A stretch of 64,000 nucleotides of DNA. Origin: Camelus dromedarius (lineage: Eukaryota). Below are positions 12,546 through 24,255 of the stretch, piece by piece; position 1 is the stretch's first letter, and each line of letters opens with the position of its first letter. A program made the translations under genes and the position numbers. The stretch is from positions 25,484,001 to 25,548,000 of the forward strand of contig NC_087436.1 in the NCBI RefSeq assembly GCF_036321535.1, read 5' to 3'. A model generated the notes under the pieces. It was not told the DNA's origin and made no database searches. It saw nothing but the letters and a program-made list of their open reading frames with translations.

Positions 12546-13599
12546 ATGTTTCTTTTTGTCCTGTACTACAGTAGATAATTTTACTCAGTTTATTCTTTAA
12601 ATAATACTTTTCTATACTGCCTGCATTCTTCAATATATCCTTTTTTCCTTTTTCTTTCTTTTTTTTTTCTTTTTGGTAGCAAATTACAGTAAAAATTGTT
12701 GTGCATATATGTGAAGGATATTTAGCAGGGAAGGTTCGTTTTTAATTTTCTTTTTAAAAAAGGTTATGGTAGTGGTAAACTGAGTATAGTCAAATGTAAA
12801 ATTAATTAACTTGCAGCTGCTCTGATCTTATCAAGACCACATGCCACCAAGTCCTGATACTAATCTAATGTGATAACGTCAAGGTAAACAGTCTCAGAAA
12901 CATACTTGAAAATTAAAAACTTACAAATTTAACTTACTAGCAACAGCATATTTTTAGATTAAGAAATTATTGTTCAGCGCTCCAAAAATGCTCATGCTGT
13001 ATCCATTGGATTACTTTGGTAGATCACCAACTATTTGCCAGTCAGGCTCTCTGTACCCATAAACTCATCATACAGACCAAATTGAAATGTCCATCATTTG
13101 TAAACACTCTGAAGTACACTGAATATTACTCAAAAAGTTAAATCTTTCTTTTTCAGGGAAAATGATTTTAAAGCATAGAGGTAGCTGATCTTGTGAAATT
13201 TAATTTGCATTCTGTGTAAATTAGTTTTAATTTAAAAAATTTTAAAAGTCCTGTTTCACTTATATCTCTTCTGGTTATTAAAAAACATTCTGAAACAATG
13301 TTACTCAAAAAAATTGTTTTTTTCCAGTCTGAATTTTTGTCACAACCTACACATAATAATGGTCAATTTAGTGTTAGTTCATTCTTTTCTAGATTTCTTA
13401 CGGCCTCAAAAATTATCAAACATTTTAGAGAAACAGCATATAAGTTTCTATTGGACTGTAATGCTTTTCTTTATTCTCATCCTCATTGCATTTCCAAATT
13501 AGAGAAGGAAATTTTCATTTTCTATACTTTGCAAATATTTCTAGACCAATGTTTACATGCAACAGACCAACATTTTAGCCTTTTTTTTTTTTTTTAATG

Positions 13600-13813
13600 G
13601 GTTACAATAGCGAAAGCCATCTTATAGATACAGATCTAAGGAGGACACTTGTGATTATATTTAATGAGCCTACATGACTAATCCAGGATAATGTCTCCAT
13701 CACAAGATTAACTTAATCACAACTGCAAATTCCTTTGCCATACAGGGTAATATTCACAAGTTCCAAGGATTGGGATCAGGATCTCTTTGGGGACCGTTAC
13801 TCAACATACCACA
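13600..13813 (-). mobile_element. MLT1 LTR fragment
   Basis: aaggaggacacttgtgattat...ataatgtctccatc...ttaatcaca...ctttgcca...ggtaatattcacaagttcc. Confidence 0.7.
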
Positions 13814-14209
13814 TTTTATCTATGACTTTCATTACGAAAAATCACAGGTGAGAAAATTATACCCCTAATTAACAATACATATATTATTTTACATGTATAG
13901 AATATTACATAGGTAAAGTTATTTCATTTTCCCTGATATGAAATTTATAGATGGAATGGAATTTGCCAAATATGCAAAGAGGTTAACAAAGTTTAGTTTG
14001 TATTTTGACAAGATTTTAGTAATATTTTATGTTTTCTGTGGTTTCATTAAAATCTTCATAGAAACAAGGAAATGATTTTAAGCTATGTTTTTTGGAAGTC
14101 CAAGTATCTAAGAGTTAGGGAGAACAGTTTGGGATGCTGTGATTCAATACATCACTTTATAAACTCTAGAAAGCATGATGGTAAGATCTGACAGGATGAG
14201 CTCTATACT

Positions 14210-14675
14210 TGTATGAGTTTCCTGTGGCTACCATAACAAATTATGGTAAACTGAATGGCCTCAAAGAACAGAAATTTATTCTCTCTGTTCTGAAGGTTAG
14301 AAGTTCAAAACCAAGGCACTGGCAGCACCATGCTTCCTCTGAATGCTCTAGGAAATAATCCTTTCTTCCCTTGCTTCTTCCTAGCTTCTGTTGGTTGTTG
14401 GCAATCCTTGGTTTTCCTTGACTTATAAATGCATCCTTCTAATCTCTGCCTTTGTTATCACATGGCATTCTCCTTGTGTTTGTGTGTCTGTCTTCACATG
14501 GCTTTCTTATAAGGACATCAATCATTGGGTTTAGGGCCTACTCTGATCCAATATGCCTAAATTTAACATGATTAAATTAACCTGACTACATCTGCAAAGA
14601 CTCCATTCCCAAAGAGACTGATATTTTGAGATATGGAAAGATATGAATTTTCAGAGACACTGTTCACCCAAGTAT
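14210..14675 (-). mobile_element. MaLR solo LTR (MLT1B/C-like)
   Basis: tgtatgagtttcctgtggctaccataacaaatt...ttataaggacatcaatcattggg...acatctgcaaagac. Confidence 0.8.
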
Positions 14676-15167
14676 AATACTCTAAGACACTAACATAACT
14701 GTTATCAATTTTTTTCTTCTGTTTGCTCACAGTACATTATAGTTGCAATCTGTGAGTCAGGAAATATAATTATCCTGTTTTAGGAAGCAATAAAAGAGCA
14801 GTATGACAATGCATGTTCATTCCCATGGTATGCCCAAGCTAATTCAGTGCTATTTCTGACTGAGCATTGGTGTCTTTTTGGGAAACAAAAAATGTTTCCA
14901 TTGATCTAGAGGCACTTGCCTATATCATCCTAGACTTGCGAGATTCAGTCTCCACATGTGATTTCGTATCTCCTTCTCCACACTTCGGCCAATGTCAAAT
15001 TCTTTTTTGCATATCATACAGTATGCTTTATGTTGGTCCTAATGCATTGTGTATGTCCTTCCTTTGCCAATAAAATAACCTAGTTGTTACAACTCTAAAA
15101 GTCCTAAATAATTATTATTATTATTTGTTTTATAATAAACTCTTGAGTAAATAAATCATAATCTGTC

Positions 15168-15240
15168 TCAGTGGTTGACAAACTATGGCCTATTGGTCAA
15201 ATCCTGCTTTTGTACATGAAATTTTATTCAACTCATTTGT
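15168..15240 (+). mobile_element. Truncated MER58-like hAT fragment (part of duplicated block)
   Basis: cagtggttgacaaactatggcctattggtcaaatcc...ttttattcaac; paralogous to 49528-49600. Confidence 0.65.
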
Positions 15241-15769
15241 TAACCTAGTTGTTAACTTTGTCAGTGACACCCGAGACTTGCTGGCATTGGTATTATAATC
15301 ATTCTCATATTCACCACCTGAACTCAGAAAACATCACAACATCCACAATGTTATAAATAAAACTAGTAATATTTGCAATACAAGGCACAACAGCTAATCC
15401 ACAAATGATCACACCACACTTAAATTGCATCATTCAGAATAATGCTACAATGGATGATTCATGATTGTGAATTGTCAATCATGGTTACCCATATTAGCAC
15501 TCAAGTAAAAACAGTGACCATGATTATGGAAGTTATATAATCTATACCATATCCATTTGATATTCAAAACAGTGTTTCCTTCAGTCCCTATATTTGGCCC
15601 ATCATACGGGTTTTATACTTTTCCACTACTTTCTACATTGACTACTGAAATCTTTTGTAGCCAGGGTTGGGGATTTCTGGGATTCAAGATTTTCACTTAC
15701 ACAGTCCAGATGAATCAGGATAGTTGATCACCCTTCTTAGGATCTCAATATTTGAATGATATTAAAAGT

Positions 15770-17560
15770 GACAGTAACTTAACATCATGCTGACTGCTAA
15801 GATTTTGGACTAGAAAATTATTTGAGTCTTCTTATGATATACACCCTTTGAAAGTCAATTAGTGGGTTGTTTTTTGGCTTTAGTTTAAACTACTTCTATT
15901 AACAGAAGAACCTAAAATTATTTTGAGATAATACCCGTTATACCATGGTTTATGTTACAACAGCATTCCAAAATAAAAGGAAGTGCAAAGAAAGGTTTCC
16001 ACATCAAATAGATATGGTATGTTTAGGACATTTTCACAGTGGGTTACACTTGGGAATAGTTATTGCATTTATGAATAGGTAACTGGCATAATTTGGGGTC
16101 CTACATTAGATACTCCAAAGCTAAATAGTTCCCACCCAATGATCAGTATCTGAGGGTGCCAGACAAGCTGCATGATTTAAAGATGGTAGTTCAAGAGTGG
16201 AGTGGTAACTGGTAACTTGGAAAGTAGTTTTATTGCCTATGTAAGGGCTGATCAAAGAAGGAAAAGGTAATTCTGCTTAATGAGCAAACTTCAGATCAGT
16301 GTTCCTAGTGGCATCCAAAAGAACTAGATAATAAGAATAATTACATGGAATGGGTTTTCAGCAATATAAGAATGGGAAACAATGGATTAACAGTATGGCT
16401 GAAAATGGGTCTTAGATACCTGGAAAATTGAATTTAAATTTGGGGTGCTATGTTATACAAATTTGGGTTTAAAGAGGGAAAATCAAAAGGGGCATGTTGA
16501 TAACCTCAAAAGAATCCATCTTATGACTTCAGAGGGGACTGGAACCAGTAAGTGGATGCCCTTATTCTTTCACAGAAATATCTCCCATATATGAGATGAA
16601 TGGCATGGAGACATTTAATCATTGAAACACCTGGTGGATAAAAAGGGATTCCACTAATTTATGACACTAAAAAGCTTGAAATATAGTAACAATTATTCTG
16701 TTTTCAACAGAAATGTAAGAGACAGGACAGCCATGACAAATACCTATTAAGAATGTCTTCGTCAGTGTGGCTGCTATAACAAAATACCATAAACTTGCGG
16801 GGCTTAAACAACAGACATCTATTCTCCGCAGTTCTGTAGTCTGGGATGTCAAAGATCAAAGTGCCAGCAGATTAGATTCCTGATGAGGCTCCCTTCCTGG
16901 CTACAGACAGCTGCCCTCTTGCTAGATTCTAGCAAGGAAAAAAGTGAAAGTCCTGGTGTCTCTTTCTCTTTTTATAAGGAGTTTTATCCCATTATGGGAG
17001 CTCCACCTTTACGACCTCATCTAAACCTGATTACTTCCCAAAGGCCTCACCTCCTAATACCATCACATTGGGGGGGGGGGGTAGGGTTTCAACATGTTCA
17101 TTCTGGGGGACAAACATTCAGTCCAGAACGGAGAGATTCCAAGTTGACCCAGAGCTGGCTTATTATGCACGGCTCCAGGTGATGCTAGTAGGTCTTGCTA
17201 AGATATGTACTCATTCTGGATTTGTATTTGCATACCCAGTAACTGACACAATTTTTTAAATGTTACTATAGGTCTAGAGACAAAAGTATTATTTCGGATT
17301 GGATTCCCTGCTTATTTGTCACCTGTTCAATGAATCGGTTTTTATTAAAGATGCAGCACAACAATGGGCTAAGAAGCATCATATGCACTGTATTTATCAT
17401 ACACTTTATCATCTACCAAAGCAGTGTACAGATTGAAAACTGCAATGGGCAACTGAAACACCCCTTTACTAAATTAGTGGAGTAGAGGAGCAATGAGGGA
17501 CTGAAGGGGTAGCCTACATGACTGAATATATGTTAAAACTTAATTTGTATGGAAATAAGG
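15770..17560 (+). mobile_element. Continuation of degenerate ERVL-like pol: connection, RNase H and integrase
   Basis: RFWTRKL (~15800), YTPFESQLVGCFLAL (~15840), A*FKDGSS (16170), DWNQ*VDAL (~16537), integrase THSGFVFAYPV (~17210), QQWAKKHH...YH and IENCNGQLKH (~17355-17460). Confidence 0.78.
16753..17125 (-). mobile_element. MaLR LTR (MLT1A0/MST-like) inserted into the ERVL integrase
   Basis: ggctgctataacaaaataccataaac...cttaaacaacaga...acctcatctaaacctgattacttcccaaaggcc...ggggacaaacattcagtcc. Confidence 0.82.
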
Positions 17561-17689
17561 TGATCATCATTGGATAGATTATTGAGATATTGTGGGAAAT
17601 ATACGGGAGAGGAAGTAGGGGATGACTCAGGAACTTATATAAACTTCTTTCCATTACTAAATTTTTATTTTTCTCTGCCTGGTTATATA

Positions 17690-18300
17690 GTGTTGAAATC
17701 CAAACTGTATGTAAAATTCCAAAGATGATCAATTGCTGAACATGATACCATGTAAGTACCTCTAAATAAGATATAATAAAAAGCAAAGACTCCATTTACT
17801 ATCACAAAAATAATACATGATATATAAAACCATAAATATAAATTAAAGGTGGTCAAGTTATTAAAAAAGGGCAAATTTTTAACTATCAAAATGATAGAAA
17901 ATAGACATATATCATACTCTTGGATATAAATACTAAATATTAAAAAATATTTATCTATTTTCTGAGTTAGGCATATAAATTTAAACAACTCCTAGATGAC
18001 AGTTTTTAAGAGAACATTTTTAAAACTTGACAGAATGTTTACAAAACATAATGGAAATAAGAAGACACTGTTGCAGAACATTTTGAAAGAAAAAGACGGG
18101 ACAGCTGGCCTCTTTTCCTTTCAGAAACTAAATTTAAAATTAAACTTTCAAAAAAAAATTTAAAAAATTCTCTTTTGTACAGGCAAACAAATAAACTAGC
18201 AGAATAAAGAACTCAGAATGCAATCAATTAGCTGCAATCAATATCTCTTGGTTATACACACTTAACAAAAGTTAGTGAAGAATGTATTTAATAAAGAGTT
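17690..18300 (+). mobile_element. Very old L1 (L1ME-like) ORF2 remnant
   Basis: A-rich, with decayed ORF2 motifs (catatatcatactcttggata, acttgacagaatgtttacaaa). Confidence 0.5.
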
Positions 18301-18389
18301 TTATTTTAATACAGTGAGTTACAGGGAAATATTGAATTCTAGCCATCTTATGTGAGTTGTTCTCAAGGTATAGAGTTCTTTGGTAACAA

Positions 18390-18810
18390 CTAAGGCACTT
18401 GTAAAAAGGAAAACTGGAAAACCAAAACTAACAAAAATTTAAAAAAAGACTTGCCCTCATATAGCTAATACTCTAGTGAAGAAAATGACAAAGGTAACAT
18501 TTATAAGTTGTGCTGTAGGAAATACAAGCTCAAGGAAAGAGGGATGAAAACAGTGGACTGTGTGGGACAGATAGCAATTTTAAATAGAGAGGTCAGAGTA
18601 GGACTCAGTGAGAAGGGGCGTTTAAGCAAAGTTGTAAAAGAGACAATGTAGCAATCATGTGGAAGAACATCCTAAGCACAAAGAACAAGCAATTCGAAGA
18701 CTGACGGGAGAATGCTGGAATATTAAATAGTAGGAAATCCGATGCACTAAAAGAGCATGAGTAAGGGGAATATGTCACAGGATGCAGGTAGGAGATGAAA
18801 GTAAGGGACA
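18390..18810 (-). mobile_element. L2 fragment
   Basis: ttgccctcatatagct..ctctagtg, tttaaatagagaggtcagag, aagaacatcctaagcacaaagaacaagc. Confidence 0.6.
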
Positions 18811-19839
18811 AAAATGATTAGTATTTTAAAATCTCTTTTTATATACTTCTAAATGAAACAAATTTTAAGGATCGGTATAGGGAAGGCGCAAGACCCCACT
18901 AATCCCCCTCTTCTTCCAAGTATCTTTAGCTCCTCTAAAGCGGAAGCTTGATAAATACTTATTTAAGAGTGGTCCATCTGTTACAGTTTATAATGTTTGG
19001 GCAAGTAATGACAATATACATCTAAAATATATTACAGGCAATGGTTATGCTTTATATATACTTGAGTTTGTAAATGCTGTGTGGGGTTATGCATAATTTC
19101 ACTCTAACTCTGTACTTAAGTGATCATTTTCCTTTGGTAACACAATGTATTTTGTGTTATACACGCATTCAGATGCCCGCTACCAATTCCAGGCCCAATG
19201 TAAAAGGAAAATGTGTGGCATAATTAGTACTGATCTAGAAAATATAAAGAGTTGTTCCAAAATGTCACTGTAACAGATCACATTAAACAAAGGATGCACA
19301 TATTCTAAATAAAGAGCCATTTATACAACAAAAATGTCACTGAAGACCAGGGAAACGAAAAAATCAACTCCATTAAGAACAAAACAGGCCATAGCGTGAG
19401 CAGAAGGGAATTATGTATGTGTGGCATTTTCTATAGGCATTTAAAAATACTAAGCAGAAATCCATCATATTCACATCTTACTGAGCCTTAGTCTCCAGAG
19501 AAAATAACAGATTTTATCTTAAATATTTTATTTCTTTCCAATACATATCAATATAAAGGTCACAGCAGATGTTTAGAGATATTTGTAATGAGTACCTGAG
19601 ACAAAAACTCAATGAAGTTACTTAATTATATTTTATAATTACAGTCAATGTTACCAGTAAAATGAAACTTATTTATATTTTGACATAAAAAGGTATATTC
19701 ACTCAGTGTAGCTCCTTATAATTGAAGTTATTAAATTCAAATGACTTGGGAGAATATTTGTGCAGATAAATGTGTCAAGTTTTTTTTTTAATTTACATTT
19801 GCATCCCACATAAAGTGTTTCCTATATTTAGGAGGGGAT

Positions 19840-22800
19840 TCTGAAAAACAACAGTACCCTAAACAAAGTAAGATATAAAGTGATTTAATAGATGTAAACT
19901 GTGACATCAAAACATAAATCATGGGGAGGAGAAGTAAAAGCTGTACAGCTTTAGAATGCATTCAAACTTAACTTTCTATCAACTTAAAATAGACTGTTAT
20001 AAATATAAGTTTTTTATATGATCTTCATGGTAAACACAAATCAAGAACTGATCATAGATATACAAAAGATAAAGAGAAAGGAGTCTAAGCATACCACTAC
20101 AGAAAATCATCAAATCACAAAGGAAGGGAGCAAAACAAGAAAAAAACAGAACTAAAAAACAGCCAGAAAACAATGAACAAAATAGCAATAAAGACATTGT
20201 CTATCAATAAAGATTACAAAAGTAAATGGAATAAATTCTCCAATCAAAAGACAGAGTGGCTGAATGGATAAAACATGACCTATCTGTGTGCCGTTGACAA
20301 GAGACCCACTTCAGATGTAAGCACACACTCAAACTGAAAGTGAAAGGATAGAAAAAGATCTTCCCTGCAAATGGAAACCAAAAGAAAGCTGAAATAGCTA
20401 TGTTTATATCAAACAAAACGGACTTTAAAATAAAGAATATAATAAAGATGGTCATTATATAATGACAAAGGGTCAATCTAACAAGAGGATATAGCACCTT
20501 GTAAATATATATGTATTCAACATAGGAGCACCTAAGTATGTAAGTAAATAATTACACCAGTACAATGATGAGAGGGGACTTTAATATACCCTTTTTTACC
20601 AATGGCTAGATTATCCACAAAGAAAATCAATAAGAAAACATTAGCCTTAAGTGACACACTAGTCCAGAAGGACTCAAAAGACATGAGGAGAACATTCCAT
20701 CCAAAAGCAACAGGATATATATTCTTCTCAAGTGCACATGGAACATTCTCCAGGATAGATCATATGTTAGGCCACAAAACATGTCTTAAAGAAATTTAAG
20801 AAGACTGAAATCATATCAACCATCTTTTCTGAACACAATGGTACAAAACTAAAAATCAATTACAAGAAGAAAACTGGAAAATTCAAATATGTGGAGATAA
20901 AACAACACACTACTGAACAAGCAATGGGTCAAATAAGAAATCAAAAGAGAAATAAAAAAAAACTTGAGATAAATACAAACGTAAATACCACATACCAAAA
21001 CTTAAGGGATGCTGCAAAAGCTGTTCTATGAGGAAAGTTCACAGCAATAAATGCTCACATCAAGAAACAAGAAAGATCTCAAACAACTTTACACCTCCAG
21101 GGACTAGAAAAACAAGTAAAATCCAAATTTAGTAGAATAAAAGAAATAATAAAGATCAAAGTAGAAATAAATGCAAGAGACCGAAAAGATGACAGAAAAA
21201 AATCAATGAAAGTAAGAATTGTTTTCTTGAAAGGGCAAGTAATTGACAAATATTAGCTAGATTCACCAAGATAAAAAGAAACTGAGCTGAAATAAAATCT
21301 CAAATGAAAGAGGAGACATTAAAACTGATATCACAGAAATACAAAGGATCACAAGAGACTATTATGAGCAATTAAATGTCAACAAATGGACAACTTAGAA
21401 TAAATGGATAAATTCCTAGAAATATATAACCTACTTGGAAACATACAACCGACCAAGACCGAATCATGAGAACAGAAAACCTCCCAACAATAAAGTTCAG
21501 GACCAGATGTCTCACTGGTGAATTCTACCAAACATTTAATGAAAAATTAGTATCAATTCTTCTCAAACTCTTCCACAAAATAGAAAAGGAGGGAACACCT
21601 CCCAACTCATTTTACAAGACCAGCATTACTCTTATACCAAAACCAGACAAGGATGCCACAATAAAAGAAAATTACAGGCCAATATTTCTGACAAATATAG
21701 ATGCAAATATTCTCAACAAAATTTTATAACACCAATTTCAACAGTACATTAAAAGAATCACGTGGGATTTATTCCAAGGTTGCAACGGTGATTCAATATC
21801 TGCAAATCAATTAATGTGATATACCACATAAACAAAATGAAGAATATAAATCTTGTGATCATCTCAATAGATGCAGAAAAAGCATTTGAAAAAATTCAAC
21901 ATTGATTTTATAATAAAAACCATCAATAAATTTAGTATACAGGAAATGTATTTCAATACAGTCGAGGCCATTCATGACAAGCCTACAGCTAACATCATAC
22001 TCAACAATAAGAAACTGAAAGTTTTCTGTTTAAGACCAGAAACAAGACAAGGATGTCCCATCTTGCACTTGTTTTCTATATAGTATTAGACGTCCTAGTC
22101 AAAGAAATTAGGAAAGGAAAAGAAAGAAAAGGCATTCATATTGGAAAGGAAGAAGTAAAATTACCACTATTTTCAGATGACTTAATATTATATAAAGAAA
22201 ACCCTAAAGAGTCTTCCAAAATACTGTTAGACTAACAAATGAATTAAATGAAGTAGCAGAATGCAAAATATACAAAAATCTGTTGCATTTCTATGCACTA
22301 ATAACAAACTATCAGAAAGAGAAATTAAGTAAATAACCCCATTATAATTGAAATTGAATAAAATACCTAGGAGCAATATATAACCAAGCAGGCAAAACAA
22401 CTGTACACTGGAAACTGTAAGACAGTGATGACAGAAACTGAAGAAGTCATTAAGTAAATGGAAAGATATTCTATGGACATGGATTAGAAGAATATTGTTA
22501 AAATGTCCGTACTACCTAAAGCAATCTACAGACTCAATGCAATCTCCATCAAAATTCCAATAAGCATTTTTCAGAGAAAGAGAACAAACAATCCTAAAAT
22601 GTCTATGACAACCACAGAAGACCCCAAATAGCCACAACAATCTTAAGAAAAACAAAGAAGGCATAATGCTTTCCGATTTCAAACTATATTACAATATAAT
22701 ATAAAAAGTAATCAAAACAGTGTGGTATTGGCATAAAAACAGACACATAGATCAGTGAAAGAACAGAAAGCCCAGGAATAAACCCATACATACAATGGTC

Positions 22801-23848
22801 AATTAATTTATCACAAAAGAACTGAGACTATTCAATGGGGAAAGGACAGTCTCTTTAATAAATGGTGTTGAAAAAATTGAATAGCCACGTGTAAAAGAAA
22901 GAAACTGGACCACTATCTTATACCATACACAAAAGTCAATTCAAAATGGATTAAATACTTGAACATAAAATCTGAAACAACACTGTTAGAAGAAAACATA
23001 GGGAGTGGTTCCTTGATACAGGGTTTGGCAATGAATTTTTGCATTTGACACCAACAGTAAAGGCAACAAAATGAAAAAATAAAAAGTGAAATTATATCAA
23101 ACCAAAAAACTTCTGCACAGCAAAAGAAATGATCAACAAAATGAAAAGTCAACCTACTTGAATAGGATAGAATATTTGCAAACCATAAATCTGATAAGGG
23201 TTAATATTTCAAATATACAAAGAACCCATACAACCCAACAGAAAAAAAAATACAATTAAAAATGAGCAGAGGATCTGAAGACATTTTTCCAAAAAAGACA
23301 TACAGCTGACCAACAGGTACACGAAAAGGTACTTAACATCACTAATCATCATGTAAAATGCAAATCAGAACCACCACAATGAAATATCACCTCACAACTG
23401 TTAAAATAGTTATTTCAAAGAGATGGAAAATAACAAGCATTGGTGAGGATGTGGAGTAAAGAGAACCCTTGTGAACTGTAGATGGAAATACTAATTAGTG
23501 CAGCCACTATGGAAAACAATATGGTGCTTCCTCAAAAAATTAAAAGTAGAGATAACACGATTCAGCAACTCCACTTCTGGGTATTTATCCAAAGGAAAAC
23601 AAAATCGCTATCTCAAAAAAATATATGTACTACCATATTTGTTGCAGCATTATTTACAATAGCCAAGACATGGAAATAACTTAAGAATCTACTGAATGGA
23701 TAAGAAAGAAGTGGTCTGTAACTGTGTGGTGATGAATGTTAACTAAACTTCTTGCAGTAATTTTTCACAATATGTACCATATATCAAATCATTATGTTGT
23801 ACACCTACAACTAATACAATATTATATGTCAATTATATCTTAATAAAC
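19840..23848 (+). mobile_element. L1 (L1MA-like) with intergenic region, ORF2 and 3'UTR; internally deleted and non-coding
   Basis: ORF pieces FFSSAHGTFSRIDHMLGHK, GEFYQTF...PNSFY...LIPKPDKD...ENYRPI...[23 protein letters not shown]; 3' end tatgtcaattatatcttaataaa. Confidence 0.93.
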
Positions 23849-24129
23849 ATCTTTAAATTTTTAAAAACTGACAAAATGTGTGGTTAAGATATCTACAGAG
23901 CTCAACTGGACTAGAACTCAGGGAAATACAAACTAAAGCAACAATAAGACATTATTTCATAACCATCAGTTTAATTAAAACATAAAAGTTTTATTATTGC
24001 AAGTGTTGGTAAGAAATATAAACTGTCCTAGCCAGATGACAGGATTATTAAATTTCTTAAAAAATAATGCTTAGATAAGATTCATTCTCAAGCTGATGTG
24101 CACCACCATCATTATTATATTAACTTTTC

Positions 24130-24255
24130 AGTGTCATAACTAACATTTATTGAGAGTTTGGGATGGCTCCAGTTTTCTGCTGAGCTTTTCATGGATTATC
24201 TCATTTATTATGCATAAAAATCTGGAGATAATTACTATTACAGAAAGCAAATTAA
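24130..24255 (-). mobile_element. MIR fragment
   Basis: ataactaacatttattgagagttt...catggattatctcattt. Confidence 0.55.

Noticed and set aside
15240..15735. Possible hAT-Blackjack-type transposon fragment (ends ...gttgatcaccct)
   Set aside because: Only a short terminal-like motif was recognised; not enough to annotate.
20602..23679. L1 ORF2-like ORFs as functional CDS
   Set aside because: Fragmented by stops, frameshifts and deletions; the same applies to the ORFs at 32676-33432 and 47785-49133.
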